Notes under the pieces: model-generated | What the model was told of the DNA's origin: nothing | What the model saw: the letters and a program-made list of their open reading frames with translations, nothing else | The model's database searches: none | In this document: one piece after another, positions 7,883-18,131 of the stretch | How positions within the stretch are numbered: the first letter of the stretch is position 1 | How the letters are laid out: every line of letters begins with the position of its first letter | NCBI GenBank assembly: GCA_964450845.1 | Contig: CAYVGZ010000002.1 | Location: 1 to 59,941, forward strand | From: an uncultured Candidatus Bathyarchaeia archaeon | GTDB lineage: Archaea; Thermoproteota; Bathyarchaeia; Bathyarchaeales; Bathycorpusculaceae | Length of the DNA: 59,941 nucleotides | Direction of reading: 5' to 3' | Translations under genes and position numbers: made by a program

Positions 7883-9019
7883 ATGCAGACATTGATGGAG
7901 GTATTATTGCCACTATTTTTGGCGCTTTTATCAGTTTTTTTCGGCTCTTACACATTTTATTTCGTGTATGTTCGGAACTCGGCTAGAAAGCCGTGGAAAC
8001 TTGAAATCGACAGGGCCTTCAAGCCTGAAATATCGGTTTTGATACCTGTGCATAATGAAGAAGGTTCGATAGAATCGAAGTTGCAAAACATTAGGGATGT
8101 TTCTTACCCTAGGGAAAGGATGGAGGTAATAGTGGCTGATGATTCTTCTGACGATAAGACGTTGAAGATTGTGGAAGATTTTGTGGAGAAAAATCCTGAA
8201 TTAAACATTAGAGTTGTTAGGCAAAATCCGCGTGCTGGAAAATCTGCTGCTTTGAACAAGGCTTTAGCGAGTTCCATGCATTCAATAGTAGTAGTTTCAG
8301 ATGCAGATACGCATTGGTCCCCAGACATATTCCAGAAAGCGTTGCCTTATTTAGCCGATCCAAAGGTTGGTGCTGTTACTGGCATGGGAATAAACAGAAA
8401 TGTGGGCCAATCATGGGTGACAAGAGGTGAAGAAACCTACTTGAACTTTGCATATTTGCTACGGCTTGGCGAGTCAAAAGTACATTCAACTATAAGATTT
8501 GAGGGCGGCTTTTGCGCTTATAAGAAAGAGGCGTTTGAGAAGTTTGATTGTGAAACTGGTTCAGATGATTCTGGTACGGCTTTGGAGGTTGTTCAGCATG
8601 GTTATAGGGCGATTTTGGTGCCTGAAGCCATGTTTTATACGGAGTTTCCGAGGCGTTTGGTTGGTAAGTTGAGGATAAAAGCGCGTCGAGCTAACCAGCT
8701 GATAAGTTTGTGTGCTAAATGTTTGGGGCTTATGTTGAAAGGGCAGCTGCGGCTCCCTAAGGAGACAGCTGTTCCTGAAATGTTGTTGTTTTTTATTAAT
8801 CCGGTTGTTTTTTTAGGTTTGATTGTTGGGTCTATTCTGATTTTTGTCCTTTATCCGTTATCGCTTTTCTCGTTGGTTCTTGTACTGTTTATTGCGAGTT
8901 TGTTATTGTTTGTTCGAAGGATTTTCCTTGAAGTGCTCTTTGATAATTTAATTCTTTTTTATGCTCTAATCACTTTCCTTTTTGGAAAACGTTACATCAC
9001 TTGGGAAAAAGAGGTTTGA
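7883..9019 (+). CDS. Glycosyltransferase family 2 (CESA-like, membrane)
   Basis: SVLIPVHNEE, VADDSSDD, GKSAALN, SDAD (DxD), SDD and RARRA processive-type motifs; flanking TMs. Confidence 0.9.
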   Translation: MQTLMEVLLPLFLALLSVFFGSYTFYFVYVRNSARKPWKLEIDRAFKPEISVLIPVHNEEGSIESKLQNIRDVSYPRERMEVIVADDSSDDKTLKIVEDFVEKNPELNIRVVRQNPRAGKSAALNKALASSMHSIVVVSDADTHWSPDIFQKALPYLADPKVGAVTGMGINRNVGQSWVTRGEETYLNFAYLLRLGESKVHSTIRFEGGFCAYKKEAFEKFDCETGSDDSGTALEVVQHGYRAILVPEAMFYTEFPRRLVGKLRIKARRANQLISLCAKCLGLMLKGQLRLPKETAVPEMLLFFINPVVFLGLIVGSILIFVLYPLSLFSLVLVLFIASLLLFVRRIFLEVLFDNLILFYALITFLFGKRYITWEKEV

Positions 9020-9044
9020 ATTTAACGAGTGCGAGGAATTTAAG

Positions 9045-10085
9045 ATGATAAGGGTTGGGATTATTGGTCTTGGGAGAATGGGGATGCTTCACATGATGAA
9101 TTGTCAGAAAATTGAGGGCGTTAAGGTTGTGGCTGCGGCTGATTCTTCGGGGAAGGCTCTAAACAAGGCGAAGGCTGCTGGTGTTGACAAGCTTTTCAAG
9201 GATTATCATGATTTAGTGAATCATGCTTCTGACATAGATGCAGTTGTCATTTCTTTGCCTAATTTCCTACATTTCGAGTGCATTCAATTGGCTTTGGAAA
9301 ACGGGTTGGACGTTTTTACGGAGAAGCCTATGGCAAATACTGTAGATGAATGCCATAAGATCGTGAAGATGGCGGAAAAAAGCCGTGGAAAAATCATGGT
9401 AGGTCATTGCATGCGTTTTTTGGATGTCATAGAAACAATGAAGAAAAACCTAGAAAGAGGGATTATTGGGCGATTAGAGGTTGCCACAATTGAAGAGGTG
9501 ATAAATGGTCCTTTTTCGCATCCGAGGGTTCCTGCTCCCGTGTCTGATTGGTGGTTTGATCCCAAAAAGTCTGGAGGTGGAGCACTTCTTGACATTGGAT
9601 ATCATATGATTGATTTGTTTCGTTTCTTTGCAGGAGATTCGAAAGTGGTTTTTTCTTGTTTAGATCATAAGTTTAATCTGCCTGTAGAGGATGGTGCAAT
9701 AGTATTGTTGCAGTCTTCTAATTCTTCTACGAAGGGGATAATTAACGTTGGTTGGTATCAGCAAACCATATTTCCAAAATATAATTTTCGGGTGATTCTT
9801 CATGGCAATGCTGGGTTTCTGACTAGTGATGATTTGGTGCCACGTAATCTCTATCTCCACGCTGTTAAAGAGGGTACTAGAAATGTTTTACGGAGGATTG
9901 TTAGAAGTAAAATTCATCCTTTATCTTATACTTATTATTATGCGCCGTTCTATAAAGAGTTGGCACATTTCTTTCATTGTGTTGAGAATGATTTGGATTT
10001 TCTGGTTTCGGCAATTGATGGGTTAAGAACTGTTGAGTTAATTCATGAGGCTTATGAGGAGTTTCAGCGAGAGCCTGTTTGTTAG
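9045..10085 (+). CDS. Gfo/Idh/MocA oxidoreductase, subtype A
   Basis: GIIGLGRMG Rossmann motif, EKP, GGGALLDIGYH; start moved to ATG 9045. Confidence 0.9.
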   Translation: MIRVGIIGLGRMGMLHMMNCQKIEGVKVVAAADSSGKALNKAKAAGVDKLFKDYHDLVNHASDIDAVVISLPNFLHFECIQLALENGLDVFTEKPMANTVDECHKIVKMAEKSRGKIMVGHCMRFLDVIETMKKNLERGIIGRLEVATIEEVINGPFSHPRVPAPVSDWWFDPKKSGGGALLDIGYHMIDLFRFFAGDSKVVFSCLDHKFNLPVEDGAIVLLQSSNSSTKGIINVGWYQQTIFPKYNFRVILHGNAGFLTSDDLVPRNLYLHAVKEGTRNVLRRIVRSKIHPLSYTYYYAPFYKELAHFFHCVENDLDFLVSAIDGLRTVELIHEAYEEFQREPVC

Positions 10086-10088
10086 AGT

Positions 10089-11027
10089 GTGACGATTAAA
10101 ATGGGAAGCGTTGTAAGCCTTGTGCGAGCGAAGAGATCAGCGGAGGATATAACAGGCGCTGTTTCAGAAGCGTTTGACCTCATAAATTTTGTACCAGATG
10201 CTTCTGTGAAGTCTGTGGCTATTAAGCCAAATTTGTGTTATTATTGGGATTCTGACACTGGATATACCACTGATCCGCGGGTTGTGGCAGGGATCATAGA
10301 TTACGTTCGCGAAAGATGTGGGAAGGAGGTCTATATCAAAGTTGTTGAGTCAGACGCGACGGCTATGCGAACCAAGTATGCTTTTCCAGTCTTGGGTTAT
10401 GAAAAGTTGGCCAAAGAGAAGGGTGTGGAGCTTTTTAATCTTTCCGAGGATGTGTTGGTAGAAAGGACGGTTCATGTTAACAAGCGTGAGATTTCGTTTA
10501 AGGTTCCGCAGCTTTTGTTGGATTGCGATTTGTTTGTTAATGCAGCGAAGTTAAAGATTATGCGGGAAACTAAGATTACTTGTGCCATGAAAAATGTTTT
10601 TGGCTGTATAGGTTATCGCAGAAAAATTGTTTATCATCCTTTTTTGGATGAAGCGATTGTTGGCATAAACAAGATTCTGCGTCCTAATGTTACGGTTGTT
10701 GACGGTTTGGTTGCCTTAGGGCGTTTCCCCGTCAAACTGGATCTTATTATGGTTAGTGTTGATCCATTTTCGGTTGATTGGGTTGCCTCGGATATTATGG
10801 GGTATAATCCATCAAGAGTAGGTTTTCTTAGGACTGCTACGAAAGAACAACTTGGAAATTCAAACGACATTACAACTTGCGGAGAAAATGTTGCAGAGTT
10901 TAAGAAGATATTTCCTAGGGAAAATTTTGCTTCTTCGAAATATTCTTGGAGTATCTTATTCTGGCTGATGAAGATGTATCGCAAAATCACAGGAGACGTC
11001 ATTCCACCGGTTCTTGAAGAGGCTTAG
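10089..11027 (+). CDS. DUF362-domain protein
   Basis: IKPNLCYYWD...TTDPRVV, VVESD, TCAMKNVFGC, D.VDWVA motifs. Confidence 0.85.
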   Translation: MTIKMGSVVSLVRAKRSAEDITGAVSEAFDLINFVPDASVKSVAIKPNLCYYWDSDTGYTTDPRVVAGIIDYVRERCGKEVYIKVVESDATAMRTKYAFPVLGYEKLAKEKGVELFNLSEDVLVERTVHVNKREISFKVPQLLLDCDLFVNAAKLKIMRETKITCAMKNVFGCIGYRRKIVYHPFLDEAIVGINKILRPNVTVVDGLVALGRFPVKLDLIMVSVDPFSVDWVASDIMGYNPSRVGFLRTATKEQLGNSNDITTCGENVAEFKKIFPRENFASSKYSWSILFWLMKMYRKITGDVIPPVLEEA

Positions 11028-11102
11028 CTGGTTTTGATTCACTAGACTGGTCTTTATGGGGAATTTATGTAGTTTGCATTTTAGAAGGTGTGTAGCTTTC
11101 TG

Positions 11103-12008
11103 ATGAAGCCTATTGTTACTGTTGGGGTTTGTGTGCGGAATAGTGCGGCTACCCTTCGAGAGGCTATTGACAGCATACTCATTCAAGATTATCCTCATGA
11201 GCTTATGGAGGTGATTTTCGTTGACGATGGAAGTGAAGATGAAACACTTTCCATCATAAAAAGTTATGTTCCAAAAATAGATATGAAAGTCCGGGTATTT
11301 CACCACAAATGGAAAGGGTTAGGTCATTCAAGGAACGTGGTTATCGCCAACGCTGAAGGAGATTTCGTTCTATGGGTTGATGGTGACATGGCTTTGTCAA
11401 GGGATTTCGTCGGTAAACTGCTTAATTTCATGAAGCAACATCCTAAAGTTGGAATCGTAAAGGGAAAGCAAACCCTTCAGTCCGGAGGCAACATGCTCGC
11501 GACTCTAGAAGGATACTCGCGTGCTGCGGGTAGGATGGTGGATTATCAGTCCGAAAGGGCACGTTCGAAGTCTCTTGGAACTGGGGGGTCTATGTATCGA
11601 ATTGAAGCTATTAGACAATTAGGCGGGTTCGACGAGAAATTGAAAGGGTACGGCGAAGATCAAGATATTGAAATCAGAGTTAGGACAAATGGTTGGTCAT
11701 TAGCTACAACCGACGCTGAATTTTCGGATTATGAAAAATATGGACTAGCTTGGAGAGACCTTTGGACACGGTATTGGCTTCGGGGATACTATACTCATTA
11801 CTTTCTTCATAAAAATCCTGGAACGCTTAGGCACTACAAAATGTTTCCTCCAGCGGCGTTTTTATCAGGAATTATCAGTGCTAACACTCTTTTTAGGTTA
11901 ACATGCCAAAAAGCGGTTTTTCTATTACCATTCCAAAACTTGTTTAAAATGTCAGCTTGGTACATCGGGTTCATAAAAAGTCGTCTGGATTCCCACAGGC
12001 GAAATTAA
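11103..12008 (+). CDS. Glycosyltransferase family 2
   Basis: VFVDDGSEDET, GLGHSRN, VDGD (DxD), GGFDE...GEDQD. Confidence 0.9.
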   Translation: MKPIVTVGVCVRNSAATLREAIDSILIQDYPHELMEVIFVDDGSEDETLSIIKSYVPKIDMKVRVFHHKWKGLGHSRNVVIANAEGDFVLWVDGDMALSRDFVGKLLNFMKQHPKVGIVKGKQTLQSGGNMLATLEGYSRAAGRMVDYQSERARSKSLGTGGSMYRIEAIRQLGGFDEKLKGYGEDQDIEIRVRTNGWSLATTDAEFSDYEKYGLAWRDLWTRYWLRGYYTHYFLHKNPGTLRHYKMFPPAAFLSGIISANTLFRLTCQKAVFLLPFQNLFKMSAWYIGFIKSRLDSHRRN

Positions 12009-12065
12009 GACGGCCATCATGTGGACTTAGCGACTATATCATGATTTCTTCTGAGGAACAAACCT

Positions 12066-13241
12066 ATGAAAATTTGCTTTCTAGGTTGTCTTGATGATCT
12101 TTTGCAAAAAAATAGTGGTGGTTCTATACGAAGTTACTATTTAGCTAAGAGCCTTGTAGAGCTCGGTCATGAAGTCCATATAATTATTCCTGGTGGCGAA
12201 GGAACACTAGAGTGGACCGATAGGGTAATTGTGCACCGTGTGAGTGGGGTCGTTCCACAATGGCTTCTAAAATTCTTTTCTAAAATAGTTGGTGTGACGA
12301 AAGCCACTTCTCTCGTCCTATATGACTTGTTTTTTATCTTAAGATCTCGTCACATAATTTTAAACTCTGATATAATCCAAACCGAAGGCTCAGTATCGTC
12401 AACACTTATAATCCTCTTTGCCAAAACATTTTTCAGGAAAAAAGTTGTTGTCGATTCTCATGATGCTTTTCAAGCTTTGAGGACCTATTACCCGAATAAT
12501 TTAAGGAGAATTCTTGAGGTATTTCTAGAAAAAACAGCTTATAAATATGCTGATCTGATTTTGACGGTTTCAGAAAAAGATAGAGATTTTCTAGTGAAAC
12601 ACGGAGTTTACTCATCTAAAACTATTGTTATACCCAACGGTGTGGATACCAAAGCCTTTATGCCATCGACGAATACAAAAGAGATTGCTTGCAATTCTGA
12701 AGGATTTTTCAGAGTAGTTTTTGTTGGAAACATGGAATACTTGCCGAATCAGGAAGCTGCGAATATTGTTATTTCGTCAATTGCTCCAAAAGTTTTAAGC
12801 AGCATTAGTAATGTGAAGTTTTTGATGGTTGGAAGAGCTCCTCAAAAGTTATGTGCTAACTCGGTTAATTCTGACGTGATTTTTACAGGACCAGTTGAAA
12901 AAGTTGTTGAATTTCTGGCAGCTTCTGACGTTGCCATCGCTCCTTTGATTCATGGGTCGGGCACAAGGTTGAAGATTCTCGAGTATTTTGCATGTGGTCT
13001 TCCTGTGGTTTCAACCTCAATAGGTGCTGAAGGATTAGACGTAATAGATAGGGTAAACATAATCATAGAGGATGATATGGATAAATTCGCTATGAGCATA
13101 ATTGATCTGCTGAAGAATAGCGATTTACGTACAAGATTTCGGAAAGCTGCAAGGAATCTGGTCGTGACAAAATATGATTGGCGAATCGTTACACAAAAAT
13201 TAGATTCGACTTACAAATCGATATGTAATGGTGAGGGTTGA
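12066..13241 (+). CDS. Glycosyltransferase family 4
   Basis: IPNGVD, GSGTRLKILEYFACGLPVVST (EX7E region). Confidence 0.9.
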   Translation: MKICFLGCLDDLLQKNSGGSIRSYYLAKSLVELGHEVHIIIPGGEGTLEWTDRVIVHRVSGVVPQWLLKFFSKIVGVTKATSLVLYDLFFILRSRHIILNSDIIQTEGSVSSTLIILFAKTFFRKKVVVDSHDAFQALRTYYPNNLRRILEVFLEKTAYKYADLILTVSEKDRDFLVKHGVYSSKTIVIPNGVDTKAFMPSTNTKEIACNSEGFFRVVFVGNMEYLPNQEAANIVISSIAPKVLSSISNVKFLMVGRAPQKLCANSVNSDVIFTGPVEKVVEFLAASDVAIAPLIHGSGTRLKILEYFACGLPVVSTSIGAEGLDVIDRVNIIIEDDMDKFAMSIIDLLKNSDLRTRFRKAARNLVVTKYDWRIVTQKLDSTYKSICNGEG

Positions 13242-13299
13242 GATAATAGATTAAACTAAGCAAGATTGTTCTCAGGCCAGTCAAGAGAAGGAATTACGA

Positions 13300-14352
13300 A
13301 TGAATGTTGGTTTGATAGGTTGTGGGAGAGTCGCCCATATTCATATGGATGCTTATAAGGCAATGCGTAAGGTTAACGTAGTTGCTGTGTCAGATGTTGA
13401 AATTAATAGGGCAAAGTCTTTTGCTAAGCCCTATAAAATTGGTAAGGTCTTTTCAGATTACATGAATCTTTTTGAAGTCAAAGATCTCAGTTTTGTCGAT
13501 GTGTGCACACCTACATCGACGCACGAAGCCATTGTCCGTGATGCTGCAAAATCCGAAATCAATGTCTTGATGGAAAAACCTATGGGTCGGAATAGTAAAG
13601 AATGCGAGAGGATGATCGAAGAGGCAAAAAAACATGGAATCAAGCTATGTGTTTGCCACAATCAGCTTTTCTATCCGCATGTTCAACAATTAAAGTCGAT
13701 TTCGGATTCAGAAGAGTTTAACATGATTTCTTTTAGAACCTCACATAGGGAAAATTTTGAGTGGCTTAAAGCTCACGGTTTAGCACAACCTTGGAATGTG
13801 CATCCTGAACATGGAGGGATATTGTGGGAAGTAGGTACGCATCTTGCTTATCTTCAATTACACTTTCTGAAGGACATAAAGGAAGTATATGCTTTAGGCA
13901 CTAAATCTAAATATTCCGTATGGGATGACTTCGTAGTCCTGTTGCGCGCTTCTTCTCAACGTTGGGGAATTATGGAGATATCATGGGTTGCAAAAGAATC
14001 TGAAATACTATATGAAATCGTTAGTTCTGACGGAAGAAGAGTGCAAACCTTCTTACCTCATGGTTATACAATACAAAGAGAGCAAGAATCTCCTGCAAAT
14101 GTTGAAGGTGTTGCAGGCAATCTCATAACCGATTTGAAAAGACTTTATAGAAAATGGGCAAAGTTTGCGGTAGATCAACTTAAAAAGCCACGATCAGGGC
14201 ATTTTGATTTAATTAGTAACTACATTGAAAGCCTTGAGAAAGAATCCATCTCGCCAGTAACGGGAGAAGATGGCAGAAATGCCGTCAGGCTTCTTGAGTG
14301 TATTGAAGAATCCTTAAACACAAGAAAGCCTGTTAACTTTTTGAGATGGTAA
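13300..14352 (+). CDS. Gfo/Idh/MocA oxidoreductase, subtype B
   Basis: GLIGCGRVA, EKP, GGILWEVGTHLAYLQLHFL. Confidence 0.9.
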   Translation: MNVGLIGCGRVAHIHMDAYKAMRKVNVVAVSDVEINRAKSFAKPYKIGKVFSDYMNLFEVKDLSFVDVCTPTSTHEAIVRDAAKSEINVLMEKPMGRNSKECERMIEEAKKHGIKLCVCHNQLFYPHVQQLKSISDSEEFNMISFRTSHRENFEWLKAHGLAQPWNVHPEHGGILWEVGTHLAYLQLHFLKDIKEVYALGTKSKYSVWDDFVVLLRASSQRWGIMEISWVAKESEILYEIVSSDGRRVQTFLPHGYTIQREQESPANVEGVAGNLITDLKRLYRKWAKFAVDQLKKPRSGHFDLISNYIESLEKESISPVTGEDGRNAVRLLECIEESLNTRKPVNFLRW

Positions 14353-14426
14353 ACAGCGCTGTTTATGTTTGGAATTTCGATCTTAAAAATATGTAGTGAA
14401 ACATCTCTACTCTAGTGAGTCTCATT

Positions 14427-15779
14427 CTATGGTTCTTCAAGTGTTAATGGATGGGAATATGGATAAGACGTATAGCTTGGCTTCGCGAAATAGAAGTAAT
14501 CCACGCCTTCCTGAGCTGGTTGAGGCGCATCGCCTGCGGCAGCAAGCAATATGTATTGGAGATCTGTAAAGGTGTTGTTCCATATATAAATGTCGTGTGG
14601 GTAGCATTTTTCCACGGTGCCCTCATTCGTAAGATACAAGCCGACTTGGTATAGTCTTACGACGTTATTGAAGAACACGCCACCGCCTCCTCTCCAATTT
14701 ACGCTGTAACCTTCGTGGTAGGCGGGCGTGGTATTGTTCCAGTTTTCGGGATGTTTGCTTACGACTGGGTCGATAATCTGGTTGTTGTAAATTTCCATGG
14801 CGCGGGTGCCGACGTTATCATAGGTGCCGTGCGCGTCCAATGAACCTACGACGCAGTCTTTCTCTATGGTGTTGTGGCGGAAAACGTAGTGCGTTCCGTC
14901 GTTGGAGCTTACGCAGTGTCTCCATCGGCTGAAATAAGAGTCCTCTACAAAAGTTGTATACGACGTGTATTGCCCGATCACGTTGTCTATGTTGTCTTCC
15001 CATCTTGTCGTCCCAACTGCTCTTACGCAAATACAATAATGTACTGAGCATTCTGCGTAATCCCATTCGACATAGCCGTAATCGTTAACGAACTTACAGT
15101 GGTCGATAAGTCCGCAGCAGTCCCCATTAGCAGGTGCCCTCACATCCACGGCTATTCCCGCCATGTTCTTGATGAAGCAATGATCGAAACGAAAGTTGAT
15201 GACGTTATACATTTCGACCGTGGCATACCAGTAATCTGACTGGGGATAGATCTCCCTGTAGCCGACCACTTTGATGTCGGAAAACCTTGAGGGCTTGTTT
15301 GAGTCTCCGTTGCCTACAAATCTAAACATGGTAACTTCATTGGGACGTGCAAGACCTGCTTCCCAAGGGATTTGTAGCACGGTCTTCCACTCTACTACTT
15401 GGTCGTTTGGATTCTGCCCGATTCCGTCATATGACAGCCCACTGGCCCTTTCTGTAGGCGCTCCAAAAAGATTTACTCCTGCGGGAATAGTAACTCGATA
15501 ACCAGTCCAACGTTCGCTTACATTTACAAAGTTGAAGGTACCCGCTGGGATTCGAACATTTGCTATTTTATAAGTTGCTGCTTGGTTTACTGCGTCTTGG
15601 ATGTCTCTCCAATAACCGCTTTTTGCCCAAACAGTTGTGGTTGAAGTTGATATTTGGCCAAAGCTATTTATGACAACGTTATTCATCAAGGAAGAAATCA
15701 CTGGAGGGAGAGTGAAAATACTTGCAAGTACCACTAAAATCAGTAGTGCCTCCCAGAACTTTAGATTTTGAATTCTCAT
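14427..15779 (-). CDS. Exported right-handed parallel beta-helix (pectin-lyase-like) protein
   Basis: N-terminal TM/signal; IQDAVN...IPAGTF start motif; repeating N/D-rich rungs (RHCVSSN...FRHNTI, MEIYNN.I, IYIWNNTF); start at ATG 15779 with GGAGG SD. Confidence 0.75.
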   Translation of the reverse strand: MRIQNLKFWEALLILVVLASIFTLPPVISSLMNNVVINSFGQISTSTTTVWAKSGYWRDIQDAVNQAATYKIANVRIPAGTFNFVNVSERWTGYRVTIPAGVNLFGAPTERASGLSYDGIGQNPNDQVVEWKTVLQIPWEAGLARPNEVTMFRFVGNGDSNKPSRFSDIKVVGYREIYPQSDYWYATVEMYNVINFRFDHCFIKNMAGIAVDVRAPANGDCCGLIDHCKFVNDYGYVEWDYAECSVHYCICVRAVGTTRWEDNIDNVIGQYTSYTTFVEDSYFSRWRHCVSSNDGTHYVFRHNTIEKDCVVGSLDAHGTYDNVGTRAMEIYNNQIIDPVVSKHPENWNNTTPAYHEGYSVNWRGGGGVFFNNVVRLYQVGLYLTNEGTVEKCYPHDIYIWNNTFTDLQYILLAAAGDAPQPAQEGVDYFYFAKPSYTSYPYSHPLTLEEP

Positions 15780-15961
15780 TGCCTCCGAATTAACTGTCTG
15801 CAATCTTTGAGTTAAAATGTTTCGGTTATATAGCATTTTGTGTCCACACGCTCTTCACATAAACATATATAAGAACGTTGTAATAAATCTTACGTCTTAC
15901 GATAATAAATTGCTTTAAAACACACCCTCCCACATATGTAGGGGCCAAGAGGTCTCACTTA

Positions 15962-18088
15962 ATGAGCCAAACATCAGACAAATGGGCAAAATTGAACTTT
16001 TTGATGTTCCTAGCGTTTTTGCAGTTAATAGTATATTTCACCGTGTTTTTTGACATACCAATTGCTAGGCAAGTTTTAGGATTTTGTTATTTCACTTTTC
16101 TTCCTGGATTCATTATTCTCAAACTCCTAAAAGTGAACGAGCTCAACAAAGCAGAAACAATTCTTTTCTCAGTGGGGCTTAGTGTTGCGTTTCTGTTGAT
16201 TGTAGGACTTTTGATAGACGAATCCTCTTTGATCTCTGGCTTTCCGCAATCACTTTCAGTAGTACCCTTGATTACAGTTTTGAACAGCCTAATCTTGATA
16301 GGCGGAGCTTTAGTCCATTTAAAAAGCGAAGTAAAAATTCGGAATATTAGTCCCATCGGAAAACTTTCTCTCATATTACTCTTTCTATGTCTCCCAGTTC
16401 TAAGCATTATAGGAGCGATATGGGTAAAAACTTATGAAATCAATCTAATTTTACTCTTTATGATAACACTGATAGCATTTTTGTTTGCCCTCAGAGTTAT
16501 TTTAAGGAAAAATTTACCTTCAAAACTTTATCCTCTCGCTATATTTATGATTGCCATTTCCCTGCTTTATCATTCCTCACTTATATCTGACAATCTGATC
16601 CACTTCGGATCTGACATGCCTGGTGAAGTATTCGCCTTCAAAGTTGTCGAACAAAATGCATACTGGAGTTCTGTAAACCCCTATCCTGGTGACTTCAGTG
16701 TGGGTAGAACATATGCGATGTTAAGTGTTACTATTCTTCCAATGGTATATTCAAGTTTGTTAAATCTAGATGTCATATGGGTTTTTAAGCTGCTAAATCC
16801 GATACTTTTTGCTCTGGTGCCATTGGGTTTATACATTTTGTGGAGTAAATTCATAAGCGCCAAATACGCCTTTGTTTCGGCCTTTTTTTTCATGTCATAT
16901 AATGTTTTCTATACTGAAATGTTAGGATTAAACAAACAGATGATTGGCGAGCTATTTTTTGTCTTGTTGCTGCTTGTGATTTTAAATAGAAAGATGAGAC
17001 CTTTTAACAAAACATCGTGTTTCTTGATTTTTAGCTTTGCTCTTGTAGTATCGCACTATGCATTAGCAGAAATCTTTCTGTTCCTCATTTCCTTTATTTT
17101 GATTTCATTAATCATTATGAAAAAGCCTCGTCGAAACATAACTTTGGCAATGGTTCTTTGCTTCTTTATAATAATGTTTTCGTGGTATTTGTATACATCA
17201 AATTCAGCCGCTTTTGATGCTTTCTTACAGTTTGGAGAACATGTTCGTAGTCAGTTGAGCGAATTTTTCAACCCTGCAGCCAGAGAGCAAACAGTATTAA
17301 GAGGCTTAGGATTGGAAGCCCCACCTACTATCTGGAATATGATGGGTCGGATATTTGCGTATATTACGCAACTCCTCATTGTTGTTGGCTTCGTTGGAGT
17401 GATTATGAAACGAGTTGGATCTCATTTTGAGATCGAATACCTTTTGCTCATCTTATTCTCAGCAATGTTTTTGGCTGCGCTTATATTGGTTCCTGGCTTA
17501 GCAAACACGATGAACATGACACGTTTTTATCACATATTGTTGTTCTTTTTGGCACCTCTCTGTGCATTAGGCGCCAAGACCATTATGAACATTGTTAGCA
17601 GGCGGAAGACGGAAATGATGGTGTCGCTTCTTCTTTTGACCGTGTTAGTTCCATACTTCCTCTTTCAGGTAGGTTTCGTTTATGAGGTGACTGGCAATGA
17701 TAGCTGGTCAGTACCGTTGAGTGAATATAGGATGCCCGCTTACCGATTGTATGGTCAGCTTGGCTATACTACGGCTTATAGTATATCTGGTGCGGAATGG
17801 GTATCAGAAAATGTGGCAGTTGAATACAGGCAAATATATGCTGACGTGTGGGGTCGAGTAACCGAATTGAGAGCGTATGGATCAGTATACGTGGGGTATG
17901 TTGAGACGTTATCCAATACGACAAGAATAGCGGCAAATGGGATTGTGTACCTGAGTTCACTAAATATTATTGAAGAAACTGTAGTGGGCAGTCGCTATGT
18001 GTGGAATCCGAGCGAACTTGACTTTTTGTCGGATTTGAACGCAGTATATTCAAACGGCGGTTGCGAAGTTTACAAGAACACGCCATAA
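15962..18088 (+). CDS. DUF2206-domain polytopic membrane protein
   Basis: More than 12 TMs; RQ.IGELFF, SHYALA, MN.TRFYHI and C-terminal GA.W...N...IYAD...N.VYSNGG motifs. Confidence 0.75.
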   Translation: MSQTSDKWAKLNFLMFLAFLQLIVYFTVFFDIPIARQVLGFCYFTFLPGFIILKLLKVNELNKAETILFSVGLSVAFLLIVGLLIDESSLISGFPQSLSVVPLITVLNSLILIGGALVHLKSEVKIRNISPIGKLSLILLFLCLPVLSIIGAIWVKTYEINLILLFMITLIAFLFALRVILRKNLPSKLYPLAIFMIAISLLYHSSLISDNLIHFGSDMPGEVFAFKVVEQNAYWSSVNPYPGDFSVGRTYAMLSVTILPMVYSSLLNLDVIWVFKLLNPILFALVPLGLYILWSKFISAKYAFVSAFFFMSYNVFYTEMLGLNKQMIGELFFVLLLLVILNRKMRPFNKTSCFLIFSFALVVSHYALAEIFLFLISFILISLIIMKKPRRNITLAMVLCFFIIMFSWYLYTSNSAAFDAFLQFGEHVRSQLSEFFNPAAREQTVLRGLGLEAPPTIWNMMGRIFAYITQLLIVVGFVGVIMKRVGSHFEIEYLLLILFSAMFLAALILVPGLANTMNMTRFYHILLFFLAPLCALGAKTIMNIVSRRKTEMMVSLLLLTVLVPYFLFQVGFVYEVTGNDSWSVPLSEYRMPAYRLYGQLGYTTAYSISGAEWVSENVAVEYRQIYADVWGRVTELRAYGSVYVGYVETLSNTTRIAANGIVYLSSLNIIEETVVGSRYVWNPSELDFLSDLNAVYSNGGCEVYKNTP

Positions 18089-18131
18089 TAAGCTTAGTTT
18101 CCTGGGACCTTTCTCAAAGGGGTGTTCCTAA

